Below, one piece after another: positions 18,643-28,026 of a stretch of DNA of 64,000 nt. A program made the position numbers and the translations under genes. Each line of letters begins with the position of its first letter. Position 1 is the stretch's first letter. The notes below the pieces were generated by a model, which was not told the origin of the DNA, made no database searches, and was given only the letters and a program-made list of their open reading frames with translations. Location: positions 211,301-275,300 of the IMG/VR virus record IMGVR_UViG_3300020122_000238; one strand, written 5' to 3'.

Positions 18643-19203
18643 CTAGAAGCAGGTCCCCTCGCTGAACCATCCGCCGGCTTTGTTCTGGGCCGTGCAGATG
18701 CTTCCGTGCTTGCAGTAGCCGAGATCCGCCGGGTTACCCGAGCAGAGAAGCTTCCTCATCGGGTCATCCCACTTCCCCTGGAAGAGATTGTACCCGTTGG
18801 GAGAAGTATTCCCCGACCCGTCGCACCCAAGCACCGTGATGTACCCACCCTCAGGAGCCGGCACAGCACAGACGACAGGGACATGGGGCAAGCAGACTCC
18901 ATCGAGACAGACTCCGTCGGGGCACAGATCCCCATCTGTCGCACAGAACCCGCCCCCCGAAGACGAAGACGAAGACGAAGACGCCGAAACGGATGTTGAC
19001 GAGCTGGTCTCGCCCGTCCCTCCGGCCGTACCCATCTCACCCCCAGCTCCGCCGAGTCCAGGCATCCCCCCCATGCCGCCCATGCCGCCCGTACCCGAAG
19101 AGCCGGCGTTCGTTGCGGTCGTGCTGCCGCCAGATCCCGAAGGGTCAGGGGTGGAAGCACAGCCAGTCAAAACCAAGATTCCCAAGAGAACGATGTTCTT
19201 CAT
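18643..19203 (-). CDS. Cys-rich lipoprotein with Ser/Gly/Thr linker
   Basis: Lipobox-like LVLTGC, GSGGSTT...GGMGG linker, C-x6-C..GVC.DGVC. Confidence 0.75.
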   Translation of the reverse strand: MKNIVLLGILVLTGCASTPDPSGSGGSTTATNAGSSGTGGMGGMGGMPGLGGAGGEMGTAGGTGETSSSTSVSASSSSSSSSGGGFCATDGDLCPDGVCLDGVCLPHVPVVCAVPAPEGGYITVLGCDGSGNTSPNGYNLFQGKWDDPMRKLLCSGNPADLGYCKHGSICTAQNKAGGWFSEGTCF

Positions 19204-19263
19204 GTTTTTGGGGTACACCGAAGCCAGGGTCTTACTTCCCTGGTTTCGATGTACGGGGGATCC

Positions 19264-19809
19264 TTAGTTCGTCGAGTTGGCGAGGTAACAGGTCCCGCGC
19301 ATCATGAAGAACGGCCCCCCATTGGGGTACACGACCGTCACCGCGCAGGAGTCGCCGTTGTCGCAGAACCCGATCTCCTCGACCTTGCCCGTGCAGAGCT
19401 GAAGAGCCGCCGCCCAGTCCTCGTTGGTGGGCACATCGGGCAGCGGACCATCCGTCTTGTAGATGGTGACCCCGTGCGGGGGAAAGCCGACTGCGTCGAT
19501 CCCATCCTTGCCGTCGCAGCCCTTCACGAAGAGGGAGGGCTTGGCCGGGTCCTTGTCCACGATCTGACAGGTGACCGGGATGCGCTCGACGCACTCACCC
19601 TGGAAGCAGATGCCCGTGGTGGGTCCGCCGCCTTCCAAGGGGCAGACGGTTCCGTTTTCCCCACAGAGGTTCGGTTTGCCGCCCGTACCGGAGCTGGATG
19701 AAGTCGTCGTCGTCGAGCTGGATGCGTCGGACCACGGAGCAGTATCGTCCGTGCCGCAGCCGCAGCCGAAGATGAAACCAGAGAAAATGATCAAAATGGT
19801 GTGCTTCAT
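19264..19809 (-). CDS. Cys-rich lipoprotein, paralog of 18643-19203
   Basis: FIFGC lipobox-like, shared VxGCDG and LCxG..(L/I)GxC..G..C motifs; class A motif upstream. Confidence 0.75.
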   Translation of the reverse strand: MKHTILIIFSGFIFGCGCGTDDTAPWSDASSSTTTTSSSSGTGGKPNLCGENGTVCPLEGGGPTTGICFQGECVERIPVTCQIVDKDPAKPSLFVKGCDGKDGIDAVGFPPHGVTIYKTDGPLPDVPTNEDWAAALQLCTGKVEEIGFCDNGDSCAVTVVYPNGGPFFMMRGTCYLANSTN

Positions 19810-19864
19810 GTCGCCTCTATAGTCCGACCTGGATTCGGATCAACTGGTGTAAGTAAAAAAAGAT

Positions 19865-20347
19865 ATGCCTAAGCTCGACAAGAAACTCCGCCTGGAAGTC
19901 GCACAGACCGTGCTCGATGGGGGGTCCGTCCTCTTCCTCACTCCGAACTCAGAAATGAATGACCGGGTTGCGGACCTCTTCAGGAAGGCATTCGTGGAGA
20001 ACGCCATGGATGTCACAGGCTGCGCGGAACTCACCGCCCGCAAGCTCATGAAGCCCGAAGGCGCAAATCCGAGCTATGTCCAGCTCGCGAAAGGCCCCGG
20101 GCATGCCTTCTTCCACCCGAACCAGGACATGACCGCCGACGAAGAGATCGGGAACCCCACCTTCGTCTACTGGCCGACCGAGGGCGGGGACTACCAGAAG
20201 GTGCCCTATAACACATGGAAGCGAGAGCGTCGGGCTCACCTCTGGCGGCCGGTTCACCTGAAGGGACAGCTCCTTTGGGAAGACACGCCGGCTGTGATTG
20301 CGGGCCCGTCGAATGCGTGGGCCAAGATCCTGGAGGATGACCTGTGA
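19865..20347 (+). CDS. hypothetical protein with C-terminal tag
   Basis: Ends GPSNAWAKILEDDL; GGTGTA upstream. Confidence 0.8.
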   Translation: MPKLDKKLRLEVAQTVLDGGSVLFLTPNSEMNDRVADLFRKAFVENAMDVTGCAELTARKLMKPEGANPSYVQLAKGPGHAFFHPNQDMTADEEIGNPTFVYWPTEGGDYQKVPYNTWKRERRAHLWRPVHLKGQLLWEDTPAVIAGPSNAWAKILEDDL

Positions 20348-20580
20348 CCCCAAGCGAGATGAAGCTGGCGGGCATTCTCCTGGAGATGGCGGCCGACGAG
20401 TTCGGCAATCACAGCTGCAACGACTTCAAGTTGCCACCGATGCCGGAGACAGCCGTGCTCACCCTCCTCACGGAGTACTACGCCCCGGATCCGATCCCTG
20501 AGCTTCAGAGCCCCATCCTCAACGACGCCATCCTCATGTCGATGATGGCCAAGAAGCTCCTGGTGGATGCCGGGCCATGA
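20344..20580 (+). CDS. hypothetical protein
   Basis: Coupled ORF. Confidence 0.7.
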   Translation: MTPSEMKLAGILLEMAADEFGNHSCNDFKLPPMPETAVLTLLTEYYAPDPIPELQSPILNDAILMSMMAKKLLVDAGP

Positions 20581-21002
20581 GCACGACGGCATGGGACCTG
20601 ATCCTGAACGATTTCGATGAAATCGAAGACCGGATCACGGCGGCCTGCCTCGCCTGCAAAGCCCGAGGGATTGTTGTCCAGTCTGGCGACTGGGGCGTCA
20701 CCTATGACGAAGACACCCACAAGTGGGTCCAGGGTACACCTTGGCGGGAGAGCACCTCTCTCCCTGTGAATCTCCTCGGCGCCTTGTTGCTCATCGAGAA
20801 CCCTTTCCCCGAGATGTACGTGTACGAGAACCGCACATGTTACGCGCCCACCGACACGGTGAGTAGACTTTTGGGCGTTGGGATCGCCTGGACTCTCTCA
20901 TTCTTCGCGGGGTGGGATGCAGCTCGGTTCCCCTCTTCGGGAGTCAGGACCGCCTATGACTTCGGGCAGCGGTTGGCAACAGAGATTTCATGTCCTCTGT
21001 GA
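20577..21002 (+). CDS. hypothetical protein with TAW-acidic tag at N-terminus
   Basis: Begins MSTTAWDLILNDFDE. Confidence 0.7.
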   Translation: MSTTAWDLILNDFDEIEDRITAACLACKARGIVVQSGDWGVTYDEDTHKWVQGTPWRESTSLPVNLLGALLLIENPFPEMYVYENRTCYAPTDTVSRLLGVGIAWTLSFFAGWDAARFPSSGVRTAYDFGQRLATEISCPL

Positions 21003-21045
21003 AATCTCTGAATGTCCGGGATAATTTCTGGTGTACTACGAGAAT

Positions 21046-21369
21046 ATGACCGACCCCACTTCGATTCCGACCGCAACCGCAACTGCAACTGCAACCCCGA
21101 AGCGCATCAAGCGCCCGACCAAGAAGACCTCGGCGAAGAAAACCGCCAAGAAGGTGGCCAAGAAGACCGTGGACACCACCATCAACGCCGTGGCTGCGTG
21201 GGCGACCACCAAGGCCAAGGCCAAGAAGGGTGACCGTGCCATGTTCGAGGCTGCCGCTGGCTTCCTCAACCAGCTCGCCAGCGCTCAGGCGGCGCTCCTC
21301 GCGAACCTCAGCCCCAGCGTGCTGAAGGCCGTCAAGGATCGCCTCGCTGCACTCCCGTACGGAAAGTGA
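21046..21369 (+). CDS. Ala/Lys-rich histone-H1-like protein
   Basis: KKTSAKKTAKKVAKK; extreme codon bias; GGTGTA-N10-ATG; strong terminator follows. Confidence 0.75.
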   Translation: MTDPTSIPTATATATATPKRIKRPTKKTSAKKTAKKVAKKTVDTTINAVAAWATTKAKAKKGDRAMFEAAAGFLNQLASAQAALLANLSPSVLKAVKDRLAALPYGK

Positions 21370-21373
21370 ACGC

Positions 21374-21415
21374 AAAAAAGCCCCCGGAGCAGCACGCTGC
21401 TCCGGGGGCTTTTTT
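21374..21415. terminator. bidirectional intrinsic terminator
   Basis: AAAAAAGCCCCCGGAGCAGC / GCTGCTCCGGGGGCTTTTTT, 20 bp, between convergent genes. Confidence 0.9.
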
Positions 21416-21419
21416 CATT

Positions 21420-22283
21420 TCAGCCCGCCTTCTTCCAGCCGTCTTCCGTCAACGTGACCCTGAACGTCCCCTTCGGGTTGTCCTTCGAGGTCCCGTTGTC
21501 ACGCTCGTTCAGCCAGAACCGGATGCCCAGCCCCGGCTTCTGGTGAAGAAGCCACACGAAGCAGACCCCGCCGCCATTCTCCAGCTCGCGAGAGACGACC
21601 ATCGGACGACCGTCGCGGTGGACCAGGATGCGCTCATCCGCGTCCTTGATGCGACGGAGGTTGTTGACCGTGCAGTTCGAGTTACGCGTGCAACCCGCCC
21701 GCTTCGCCGAGTGAATGACCGCCGTGCCGACGATCGTGTAGTACTTGCCAGCGATCTGGCAGGGAACCGTCTCGATGAAGGGGTGCTTCAACCCCTTCGA
21801 GAAACGATCCGCCGCCTCCTCCAGAGCCACCTGAAGGCCATCCTTCGGGGGAGCCGGAGCAGGCTCGTTCAGGTCCTCCAGAAGGAGGTCCATGTCCGCC
21901 GGATCGAGCGCGAGATTCACACCCGGGTTCGAGGGAGGAGTCTTGTCCTCCTCCTTCTTCCCCTGGAGGAAGTTCTGGAGAGCCTCTTCCGTCTTGGACT
22001 GGACAGGACGGAAGAGATTCCGGAGTGCCTCTTCCATCTTGTCCACGACAGGAGGAAGCTGCATCGCCATCGGAGGCTGCGGGAAGAGCCTGGATAGAAT
22101 CGTCCAGGCGTGGCGGTTCGTCTCCGCCGGGTACTGCTTGCCCATCGGCTCCAACATCAGCAGCTCCAGGAACTTGGTCCGCACAGCGTCCGCCTTGTCG
22201 GGCCGGAGAGCACCCTCCGAGACGAGAACCGTCGTGAGGGTCTGGAGTAGAAACGAGTTCGAGCCTTCCTTGATCTTCGCCAT
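21420..22283 (-). CDS. hypothetical protein
   Basis: ORF from MAKIKEGS; GC3-rich. Confidence 0.75.
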   Translation of the reverse strand: MAKIKEGSNSFLLQTLTTVLVSEGALRPDKADAVRTKFLELLMLEPMGKQYPAETNRHAWTILSRLFPQPPMAMQLPPVVDKMEEALRNLFRPVQSKTEEALQNFLQGKKEEDKTPPSNPGVNLALDPADMDLLLEDLNEPAPAPPKDGLQVALEEAADRFSKGLKHPFIETVPCQIAGKYYTIVGTAVIHSAKRAGCTRNSNCTVNNLRRIKDADERILVHRDGRPMVVSRELENGGGVCFVWLLHQKPGLGIRFWLNERDNGTSKDNPKGTFRVTLTEDGWKKAG

Positions 22284-22409
22284 GACACACCTCTGTGTGA
22301 GTGTTTCGACCCTCGATCCCCCACTGAGGACTTCGAGGGAGGCCGAGACTCCTCTGAGCCCCGGTCGTATACCCACTCTACACCAGAGATATCGTGTCTC
22401 AGACGGAAA

Positions 22410-22709
22410 TCAGAAGTCTTCGTCTTCTTTTAGCAACCGCTCATGCCACGTCCGAATTTTTTGAGCCCGAAGTCTGGCGAGGGGGCTAGGAAACAGAACA
22501 TCATACCCACGCAACTCACTCCGGAATGGCCCTCTGTAGCCTTCTTTGAAGATGACACGAATTCTAAATGAGTCCCTCGTAAAAATGGACTCCAACACGG
22601 CTTCAACCATCGAATCAGAACGGAAAAGAGAGACAATATGACGGAAACGAGTTTTCTCCTCAATCGTGAAGGTAGGGAACTCCAAGTCCCAAACGACTTG
22701 ATTAGACAT
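22410..22709 (-). CDS. hypothetical protein (AT-rich) with C-terminal tag
   Basis: Ends IRTWHERLLKEDEDF. Confidence 0.7.
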   Translation of the reverse strand: MSNQVVWDLEFPTFTIEEKTRFRHIVSLFRSDSMVEAVLESIFTRDSFRIRVIFKEGYRGPFRSELRGYDVLFPSPLARLRAQKIRTWHERLLKEDEDF

Positions 22710-22710
22710 A

Positions 22711-23106
22711 TCAGTCCTCCAGGATGGCATCCCAAACCGTGGGACCCTTCAAAGAATGAAACTGGTTGATAAAGTTTACCCATGAAGTAATTCGGAATTG
22801 TCTTGAATCATCGTGACTATAAGACAGCCAGCCATTTTTGATGGTCATAACGGAGACCATGTTTTTAAAATGTGTGGGATCCTTGTCTACAAAAACGGCG
22901 TCATGGTGTACCCAATGAGGAACGGGGGTGCCTTCATATTTCGGATGGAAAGGCGACCAAAAACGCTCAACTCTCTCAAGAGAAGTACATCCTGGTCGAC
23001 TCTCCCCCACGGCCAAAAGCCAGAGCCCATTGTCCGAGAAAGCCACGACCTCCGCCCAATACCCGGGCCCCTCAAGTTCCAACCAATCCCCAATTTCGTA
23101 GGCCAT
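22711..23106 (-). CDS. hypothetical protein (AT-rich) with C-terminal tag
   Basis: GGTGTA-N9-ATG; ends GPTVWDAILED. Confidence 0.7.
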   Translation of the reverse strand: MAYEIGDWLELEGPGYWAEVVAFSDNGLWLLAVGESRPGCTSLERVERFWSPFHPKYEGTPVPHWVHHDAVFVDKDPTHFKNMVSVMTIKNGWLSYSHDDSRQFRITSWVNFINQFHSLKGPTVWDAILED

Positions 23107-23121
23107 ACAAGAGATTACACC

Positions 23122-23448
23122 ATGAAGTGGAACGTCGACAAAGCCCTGACCGACTTGGCGAAGTGGGCGAGCGATCGGGACACCTTGGCGGGCATCTCGC
23201 AGGTCTACGTGGACGCTTCGAGGGCGACAGAGGTTGGGGTGCATCCGACCCCGCCCGAGACGAAGAAGGGGGTCGTCTACGTCTGGAAGGTGTACCTGCT
23301 CGCCGGGATGAACATCCACAGTTTCTACGGCCGGACGATTCAGGAGGCCTACCACAAGGCTCGCCGGATGCTTCGGCCCCCGGTCGGCAAGTCGACCAAG
23401 AAGAAGGTTGATCGGTTCAAACGTCGGCGTGTAGGACACGAGCAATGA
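23122..23448 (+). CDS. hypothetical protein
   Basis: ORF from MKWNVDKA. Confidence 0.7.
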   Translation: MKWNVDKALTDLAKWASDRDTLAGISQVYVDASRATEVGVHPTPPETKKGVVYVWKVYLLAGMNIHSFYGRTIQEAYHKARRMLRPPVGKSTKKKVDRFKRRRVGHEQ

Positions 23449-23690
23449 GCACAGTAGAATCCAAAGAGCCTGCCTGCTTCGCCATTTCGTTGGCAGTCAG
23501 TTCCTACATCGTTACCACGGCGGTCCGATCAGGAGGGACCGTGGTGTATGTCACAAAAAGTGTGGGAACTCACGCTCATCACAAGTACATCGGGACCTTC
23601 GGAGCTGAGGATGAAACTCCGGAGATGGAGCATCTCCGAGGCTACCGAGATTTACTGCTCGACACTGTCAAGAGGATGTTCGTGAAATGA
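23445..23690 (+). CDS. hypothetical protein
   Basis: ATGA-coupled. Confidence 0.65.
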   Translation: MSTVESKEPACFAISLAVSSYIVTTAVRSGGTVVYVTKSVGTHAHHKYIGTFGAEDETPEMEHLRGYRDLLLDTVKRMFVK

Positions 23691-23965
23691 AAGAAAAAAA
23701 GCCCCCCATCTCTCTGAAGGCTGTCCGCAAGGTGTGCAGCTTGCCGGGGAACAAGGCAAGCGTCGCCTGGTGGGATGACACGCTTCACGTCTGGTGGTAC
23801 AAGCCTTTGAGCATCGAAGCCGCACAGGGGCGCCTGAACAAGCTTCTGGACGACAAGGATGTGCATGACGGGCGTTGCCCCTACGCCCTGAGCCCCAAGC
23901 CGGGGGCTCGTCCCGCCCTCACGGTCGACGACGTGTACACGCCTCCGAAGCACATCCTGGAGTAA
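23687..23965 (+). CDS. hypothetical protein
   Basis: ATGA-coupled. Confidence 0.65.
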   Translation: MKEKKPPISLKAVRKVCSLPGNKASVAWWDDTLHVWWYKPLSIEAAQGRLNKLLDDKDVHDGRCPYALSPKPGARPALTVDDVYTPPKHILE

Positions 23966-23969
23966 GAAT

Positions 23970-24350
23970 TTTGGGTACGCGAGCCTGAATCCCTATATGG
24001 TCAAGACTCGCGTACGTCGTCCGGTGGACCTTCCCAGTAATGGGTGAGCTACGATGCTCTTGAGCCATTCGACCGCGGAATCAACAGCGGGCAAACCCGG
24101 CGGGCGTGGTGGAAAGCCACGCCATTTTCTCTAGAACTCCTCGTCGAGCCTCTCCCACCCCGTGAGATACGGGAGTTTCGGTGGGGTGAGTGGCGGGGTT
24201 CAGGATTGGAGCAAGGCTCCACAAGAATCGAACCTACCCCGATTGGGAAGTAGGTTGCTATCTCCTTCGAACAACGCGTGCAGATGTAGAAGTGCTTTGC
24301 CCAAAGCCCAATCGCACCGGACTCAACCTGAGTCCGGTGCGATTGGGGGC
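23970..24350. ncRNA. candidate structured non-coding RNA (class unknown)
   Basis: Largest gap between convergent operons, with at least 8 hairpins including a 19-bp stem at 24307-24347. Confidence 0.35.
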
Positions 24351-24367
24351 AAAAGAGGTGCCCAGCG

Positions 24368-24733
24368 TTATACGTCGTCGCCATCAAGATGCTCCCAAAC
24401 CGTGGGGTTGGTCTCTGGCAGCTTCGGTTGAGCTTGCGCCATCGGGGGCAGAGTTGTTCTCAGAACGAGGCTCAGAAGCTCTGAATCACCCCGCGGTCGA
24501 GCTTGTGCCTGAAGCTGGGCTCGTAGCTCCCTGCGTTCTCGGATGATCCTCTCCAGGACCTCGACGGAGTTCTCGTCGCTGTCTTCCGCGTACCTTTGCA
24601 GACGTTCCGTGAGCTGCTTGAGGAGGACTGCATCTTCAGACTCCGTGTGAACGTAGGCAAGGAGCTTGCCTACGCCAATTGCTATCGCAATGAGCAGCAC
24701 CGCGAGACCAAGGGTAACAATGAAAGCGATCAT
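24368..24733 (-). CDS. membrane-anchored coiled-coil protein with C-terminal tag
   Basis: N-terminal TM, coiled coil, ends NPTVWEHLDGDDV. Confidence 0.8.
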   Translation of the reverse strand: MIAFIVTLGLAVLLIAIAIGVGKLLAYVHTESEDAVLLKQLTERLQRYAEDSDENSVEVLERIIRERRELRAQLQAQARPRGDSELLSLVLRTTLPPMAQAQPKLPETNPTVWEHLDGDDV

Positions 24734-25122
24734 CCGATCTCCTCTTCATCCGAGAGCAAGGCCGCAGCTCCCGCCGGTTGCGGGGGAGGAGTAGGTTCTT
24801 CAAACACATCTCCTCCCGCCCAGACCACTTCACCCCCACGAGTACAAATATAGCCAAAGCAAGAGGCCTTAAGCCCCCTCACGATTTCCCGAGTGTCATC
24901 GAGAACCTGACTGTGAGGTGGCGTCTCGTTGCCATCCTTGAAGGTTGTCCCTGTCCCCCCCACAGTCAGAGACAGGAGAGCAGAGTACTTGGTGTTCTGC
25001 GAGAGCTTCTTGGTTGATGCGAGGGCGCCCACTGTATACCCTTTGGCCACCAATCCCGCAATAATGCGAGGGATGTGCATCTCGGATATGAGGGTCACCC
25101 AAAGTCGACACGTAGCTTCCAT
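24730..25122 (-). CDS. hypothetical protein, acidic C-terminus
   Basis: Ends PPPQPAGAAALLSDEEEIG. Confidence 0.7.
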   Translation of the reverse strand: MEATCRLWVTLISEMHIPRIIAGLVAKGYTVGALASTKKLSQNTKYSALLSLTVGGTGTTFKDGNETPPHSQVLDDTREIVRGLKASCFGYICTRGGEVVWAGGDVFEEPTPPPQPAGAAALLSDEEEIG

Positions 25123-25136
25123 GACGTCTCCAAAAA

Positions 25137-25174
25137 AAGGAAGGTCTGTCCCGCTTTCGGGACAGACCTTCCTT
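25137..25174 (-). terminator. intrinsic terminator
   Basis: 17-bp stem followed by T-run on the minus strand. Confidence 0.8.
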
Positions 25175-25198
25175 ACACCTCAACCAGAGCGAACCTGC

Positions 25199-26365
25199 TT
25201 ACCAGTCGGAGCCGCCGCCGCTGGAGTCCGAGCTGGACGATGAGTCCGAGCTGGACGATGAGTCCGAGCTGCTTCCTCCGCGGTCCGAGGGCGGAGAAGT
25301 CGAGGAGACCCAGTTCGAGGACCCGCCACCCGCATCGTAGCTCGAAGAACCTCCCGAGCTGGGCTCGTAGCTCGGCGTGGGCGTGTAGCTGTGACGTTGG
25401 ATCGGAACCTCACGCTCGATGTACACGTCCCGCTCGACGACGCGACCCCGATCCCGATGCAAGGCATCTCCGATGAGCATGCCCGTGAGCAGGTCGTTGC
25501 CATTCGAGCCGTAGTGGCCACCGTACCCGCCGTTGTTGTTGATGACCGTCGTGGAACTCGATGCAGCGGCAGCCGCGGGAGCCGGCTGGATGTAGGTGGG
25601 AGCCGCGACCCGGCGAGGAATGGGGGTGCTCGCCACGTTGTAGTCACCTCGGCCGATGCCACCCGTCCTCGCCCTGGCGGCCCCTGCTGAGGCGCTGGCT
25701 GTCGCCGTGGACTTCCGGATACCCTCGGCCCACGCACCTTCCTCGATGTTCCGCGAGCGCATTTCCTGAGCTTCCTCGCGGGTTTCGTTCAACACGGCCT
25801 GGTAGCGGGCCTGATCCGCCTGCGACTTGCGGTACAGGTAGATGGCGAACCAGACGAGCGAGCCGACACCGAGGAGGATGAGAGCCCAGCCACCGACACC
25901 GAGGCCTTCATGCACGACGATCGGGGGCGGGGGAGCGAGAGTCCCGCTGGTCGTCCTGGTCGACACATCGGCACGGGCTCCGATGGCCGTGAGTCCGCCC
26001 ACCCAGTTCTTCTCGCGAAAGGCCGGATTGCCCGCGGCGAAGATGGAGTCCTGATCGAGGGCCTTCACCGGGACGCCGACCCCGAACCGAACGATCGTCG
26101 AGTGATGGTCCGGATCGAGCGCGATGACGATGACGTTGGGCGAGTCCACCCAGGCTTTGGCCGCGCTGACGAGCGCTTCCTTGGCGGGCGAAACCCGGAT
26201 GAGGACATGGGTCTCGAAGGACCAGCTCGACCCTCTGGCCTGGAGGTTCGCGACATCAGCCGACGAAAGCAGATGCGCCTCATCGTTGACGACGACATGT
26301 CCAGCCATGGCGGACAAGGTCCAGAAGAAGACGGCGAATGCGAGGGAAATGCTGTGTTTTTTCAT
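25199..26365 (-). CDS. TPM (DUF477-like) domain membrane protein with Gly/Ser-rich tail
   Basis: Signal peptide, VNDEAHLLS.AD motif, TM, GGSSSYDAGGG...GGGSDW tail. Confidence 0.7.
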   Translation of the reverse strand: MKKHSISLAFAVFFWTLSAMAGHVVVNDEAHLLSSADVANLQARGSSWSFETHVLIRVSPAKEALVSAAKAWVDSPNVIVIALDPDHHSTIVRFGVGVPVKALDQDSIFAAGNPAFREKNWVGGLTAIGARADVSTRTTSGTLAPPPPIVVHEGLGVGGWALILLGVGSLVWFAIYLYRKSQADQARYQAVLNETREEAQEMRSRNIEEGAWAEGIRKSTATASASAGAARARTGGIGRGDYNVASTPIPRRVAAPTYIQPAPAAAAASSSTTVINNNGGYGGHYGSNGNDLLTGMLIGDALHRDRGRVVERDVYIEREVPIQRHSYTPTPSYEPSSGGSSSYDAGGGSSNWVSSTSPPSDRGGSSSDSSSSSDSSSSSDSSGGGSDW

Positions 26366-26379
26366 GTCTTCTCTTCAAT

Positions 26380-27486
26380 CTACACCAGCTTGAGATCAAC
26401 CGAAGCGCGTTCAAGAGAGTCGAACGATGCCCTCAAATCCCCGACACCACCACGGTAGGCGAGAGCGTAAGGGGTAGGGTTGTCCCCAGCGGCATCCGTC
26501 AGTTTTTTGGAAACGGCGTGCCCGATCAGACCTTCCAAGATGATCATGGCACCCACACCCCCATTTCGGATCTTATGCGCGAGGTTGGATGATATCTTGT
26601 GCCCGCCGTTGTCGGTGGGATACCATTCGGCCTCGATGTTGAAGCGCTCCCGAATCGTCCGGAGCTTCTCGTCTTTGACGATGCCCCCGATGATGACGAG
26701 CGGCTTGTTTTGAAGCCGGGCCCTGAGCGTGGGCCATTCCCCAGGGGTGACTGTCTTCGCGAGGATCACATCTTCTTCCCCCTCGAAGGCGGCGAGCTTC
26801 TCCCTGGATTCGCGGGCGATCCTATCCCAGTCGTCGTTATGATCCTTCGCGAGTCCTCGTACGTAGTTGTGGGGGCAGTTGTCCCCACGGACCTTGGAGA
26901 GCAGGGGGATCGAGCGTTCGACCTGCCAGAACAGGTGATGGGTTGAGGGCAGCCGCGTCAACATCTGGCGCACCTCAGCCGTGAGAGCCTGCACGTAGGT
27001 TTGGATCTGAGCAGGGGGTTTCTTCCGAAGATCTGACGTGGCGAAATCCTCGATCTCATCGAGGATCCTCTGTGCACTATGTGCGAGAGGATCTTCCTCG
27101 ACTGCCGGGTCTTCGTGCGGGGGTGCCTGGGGTGGGAGGACCACCTTGACAGGAGGCACCTCTACCACCTTGACAGGGACAGGCGAGGCTTTCAGCTCTT
27201 GCGGGGGAGCTTGAAACGGAACCGCACCGATCAACTCCAGAAGGCTTGTCAACGCATCGCATAGTTTGAGACGCTCTGCATCGATGATTGAAGGCGCTGG
27301 AGTGGACGCTTCCTGTTTGATGGCCGCGAGCATGGCGGCGATCGTTCGTTGTTCCGCATCCTCTCTGTGCGCGACCTCGAAGGAGGTGAGTCGTTCGCGG
27401 AGACATGCGACCATGTCAGATATCGGCCGCACCTCGGCTTCGACGCTGAGAGCACAGGCATTGTATAGTAAATTGGGCAGTTCCAT
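26380..27486 (-). CDS. protein with C-terminal DUF2325-like alpha/beta domain
   Basis: PLVIIGG...EWY...AMIILEGLIGHAVS...GGVGDL; start uncertain. Confidence 0.6.
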   Translation of the reverse strand: MELPNLLYNACALSVEAEVRPISDMVACLRERLTSFEVAHREDAEQRTIAAMLAAIKQEASTPAPSIIDAERLKLCDALTSLLELIGAVPFQAPPQELKASPVPVKVVEVPPVKVVLPPQAPPHEDPAVEEDPLAHSAQRILDEIEDFATSDLRKKPPAQIQTYVQALTAEVRQMLTRLPSTHHLFWQVERSIPLLSKVRGDNCPHNYVRGLAKDHNDDWDRIARESREKLAAFEGEEDVILAKTVTPGEWPTLRARLQNKPLVIIGGIVKDEKLRTIRERFNIEAEWYPTDNGGHKISSNLAHKIRNGGVGAMIILEGLIGHAVSKKLTDAAGDNPTPYALAYRGGVGDLRASFDSLERASVDLKLV

Positions 27487-27635
27487 TGTTTCCCGAGTTA
27501 CCTTTGAAAGGTGTACAATGTAGGCAAAAATGGCCTCGTTGAGGTTCTCCCTTCTATACACCGGGGAGCCCTGGGGGTAAAACAGGGCTCCCCGCACGTC
27601 GACCTAGAATACAAATTGCCGGTGTATAGGCCAAC

Positions 27636-28025
27636 ATGTCCGACGACGACTTGGAAGAATACTGGGAGGTCAGTGTCCTCCCTCCCCGCCCTCCTGGTCT
27701 TCTCCAACCTTTGGGCCCTCCGGAAGGATCTGGAGGGCCTCTCTATATTTTTGGAAAGGCCTCTGTGCTCTATTTGGAGGTAGGGGCCGCAAATTGCGAG
27801 CGCTTTGGAGACCGGCAACCCATTACGATGACCCCCGTATCTGACACAGGGGGCACGCAATGGCGACTCAGCCCGGAATTCCGATTTACACGATCAGCAC
27901 TCATCTCAAGGTTCGATCTTTGGGATAATCCAAGCGGCGGGCGCAAGCTATACACCTCTGACTTCGAGCCTCTCAACGTTGGCCCTGAGTATACATTCAC
28001 CTTCCACCTGAATATTAAAATTTGA
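27636..28025 (+). CDS. N-tagged protein with degenerate tail-fibre-like domain (paralog of 33924)
   Basis: MSDDDLEEYWEVSVLPPRPP; LWDNPSGGRKLY. Confidence 0.7.
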   Translation: MSDDDLEEYWEVSVLPPRPPGLLQPLGPPEGSGGPLYIFGKASVLYLEVGAANCERFGDRQPITMTPVSDTGGTQWRLSPEFRFTRSALISRFDLWDNPSGGRKLYTSDFEPLNVGPEYTFTFHLNIKI

Positions 28026-28026
28026 C

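Noticed and set aside
18565-18999. ORF containing STAWDRD as another tag carrier
   Set aside because: Runs antisense to a clear lipoprotein gene, and the peptide lies inside the palindrome; probably incidental.
24205-24240. tRNA (minus-strand GGTTCGATTC...CCA)
   Set aside because: The T-stem would be mostly G-U pairs, and no acceptor, D or anticodon arms can be built.
24040-24240. RNase P RNA (fragments CTTGAGCC, GGAGCAAGGC, ACAAGAATCG)
   Set aside because: The conserved GAGGAAAGUCC/P4 elements are absent and the fragments are out of order. Kept only as an unclassified structured-RNA candidate.
25225-25270. Short tandem repeats as CRISPR or VNTR (also 17340-17366, 18958-18982, 33165-33215)
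   Set aside because: In-frame low-complexity coding repeats (SSDSSS, PNE, S-rich, LPxLP) with no spacers and no cas genes.
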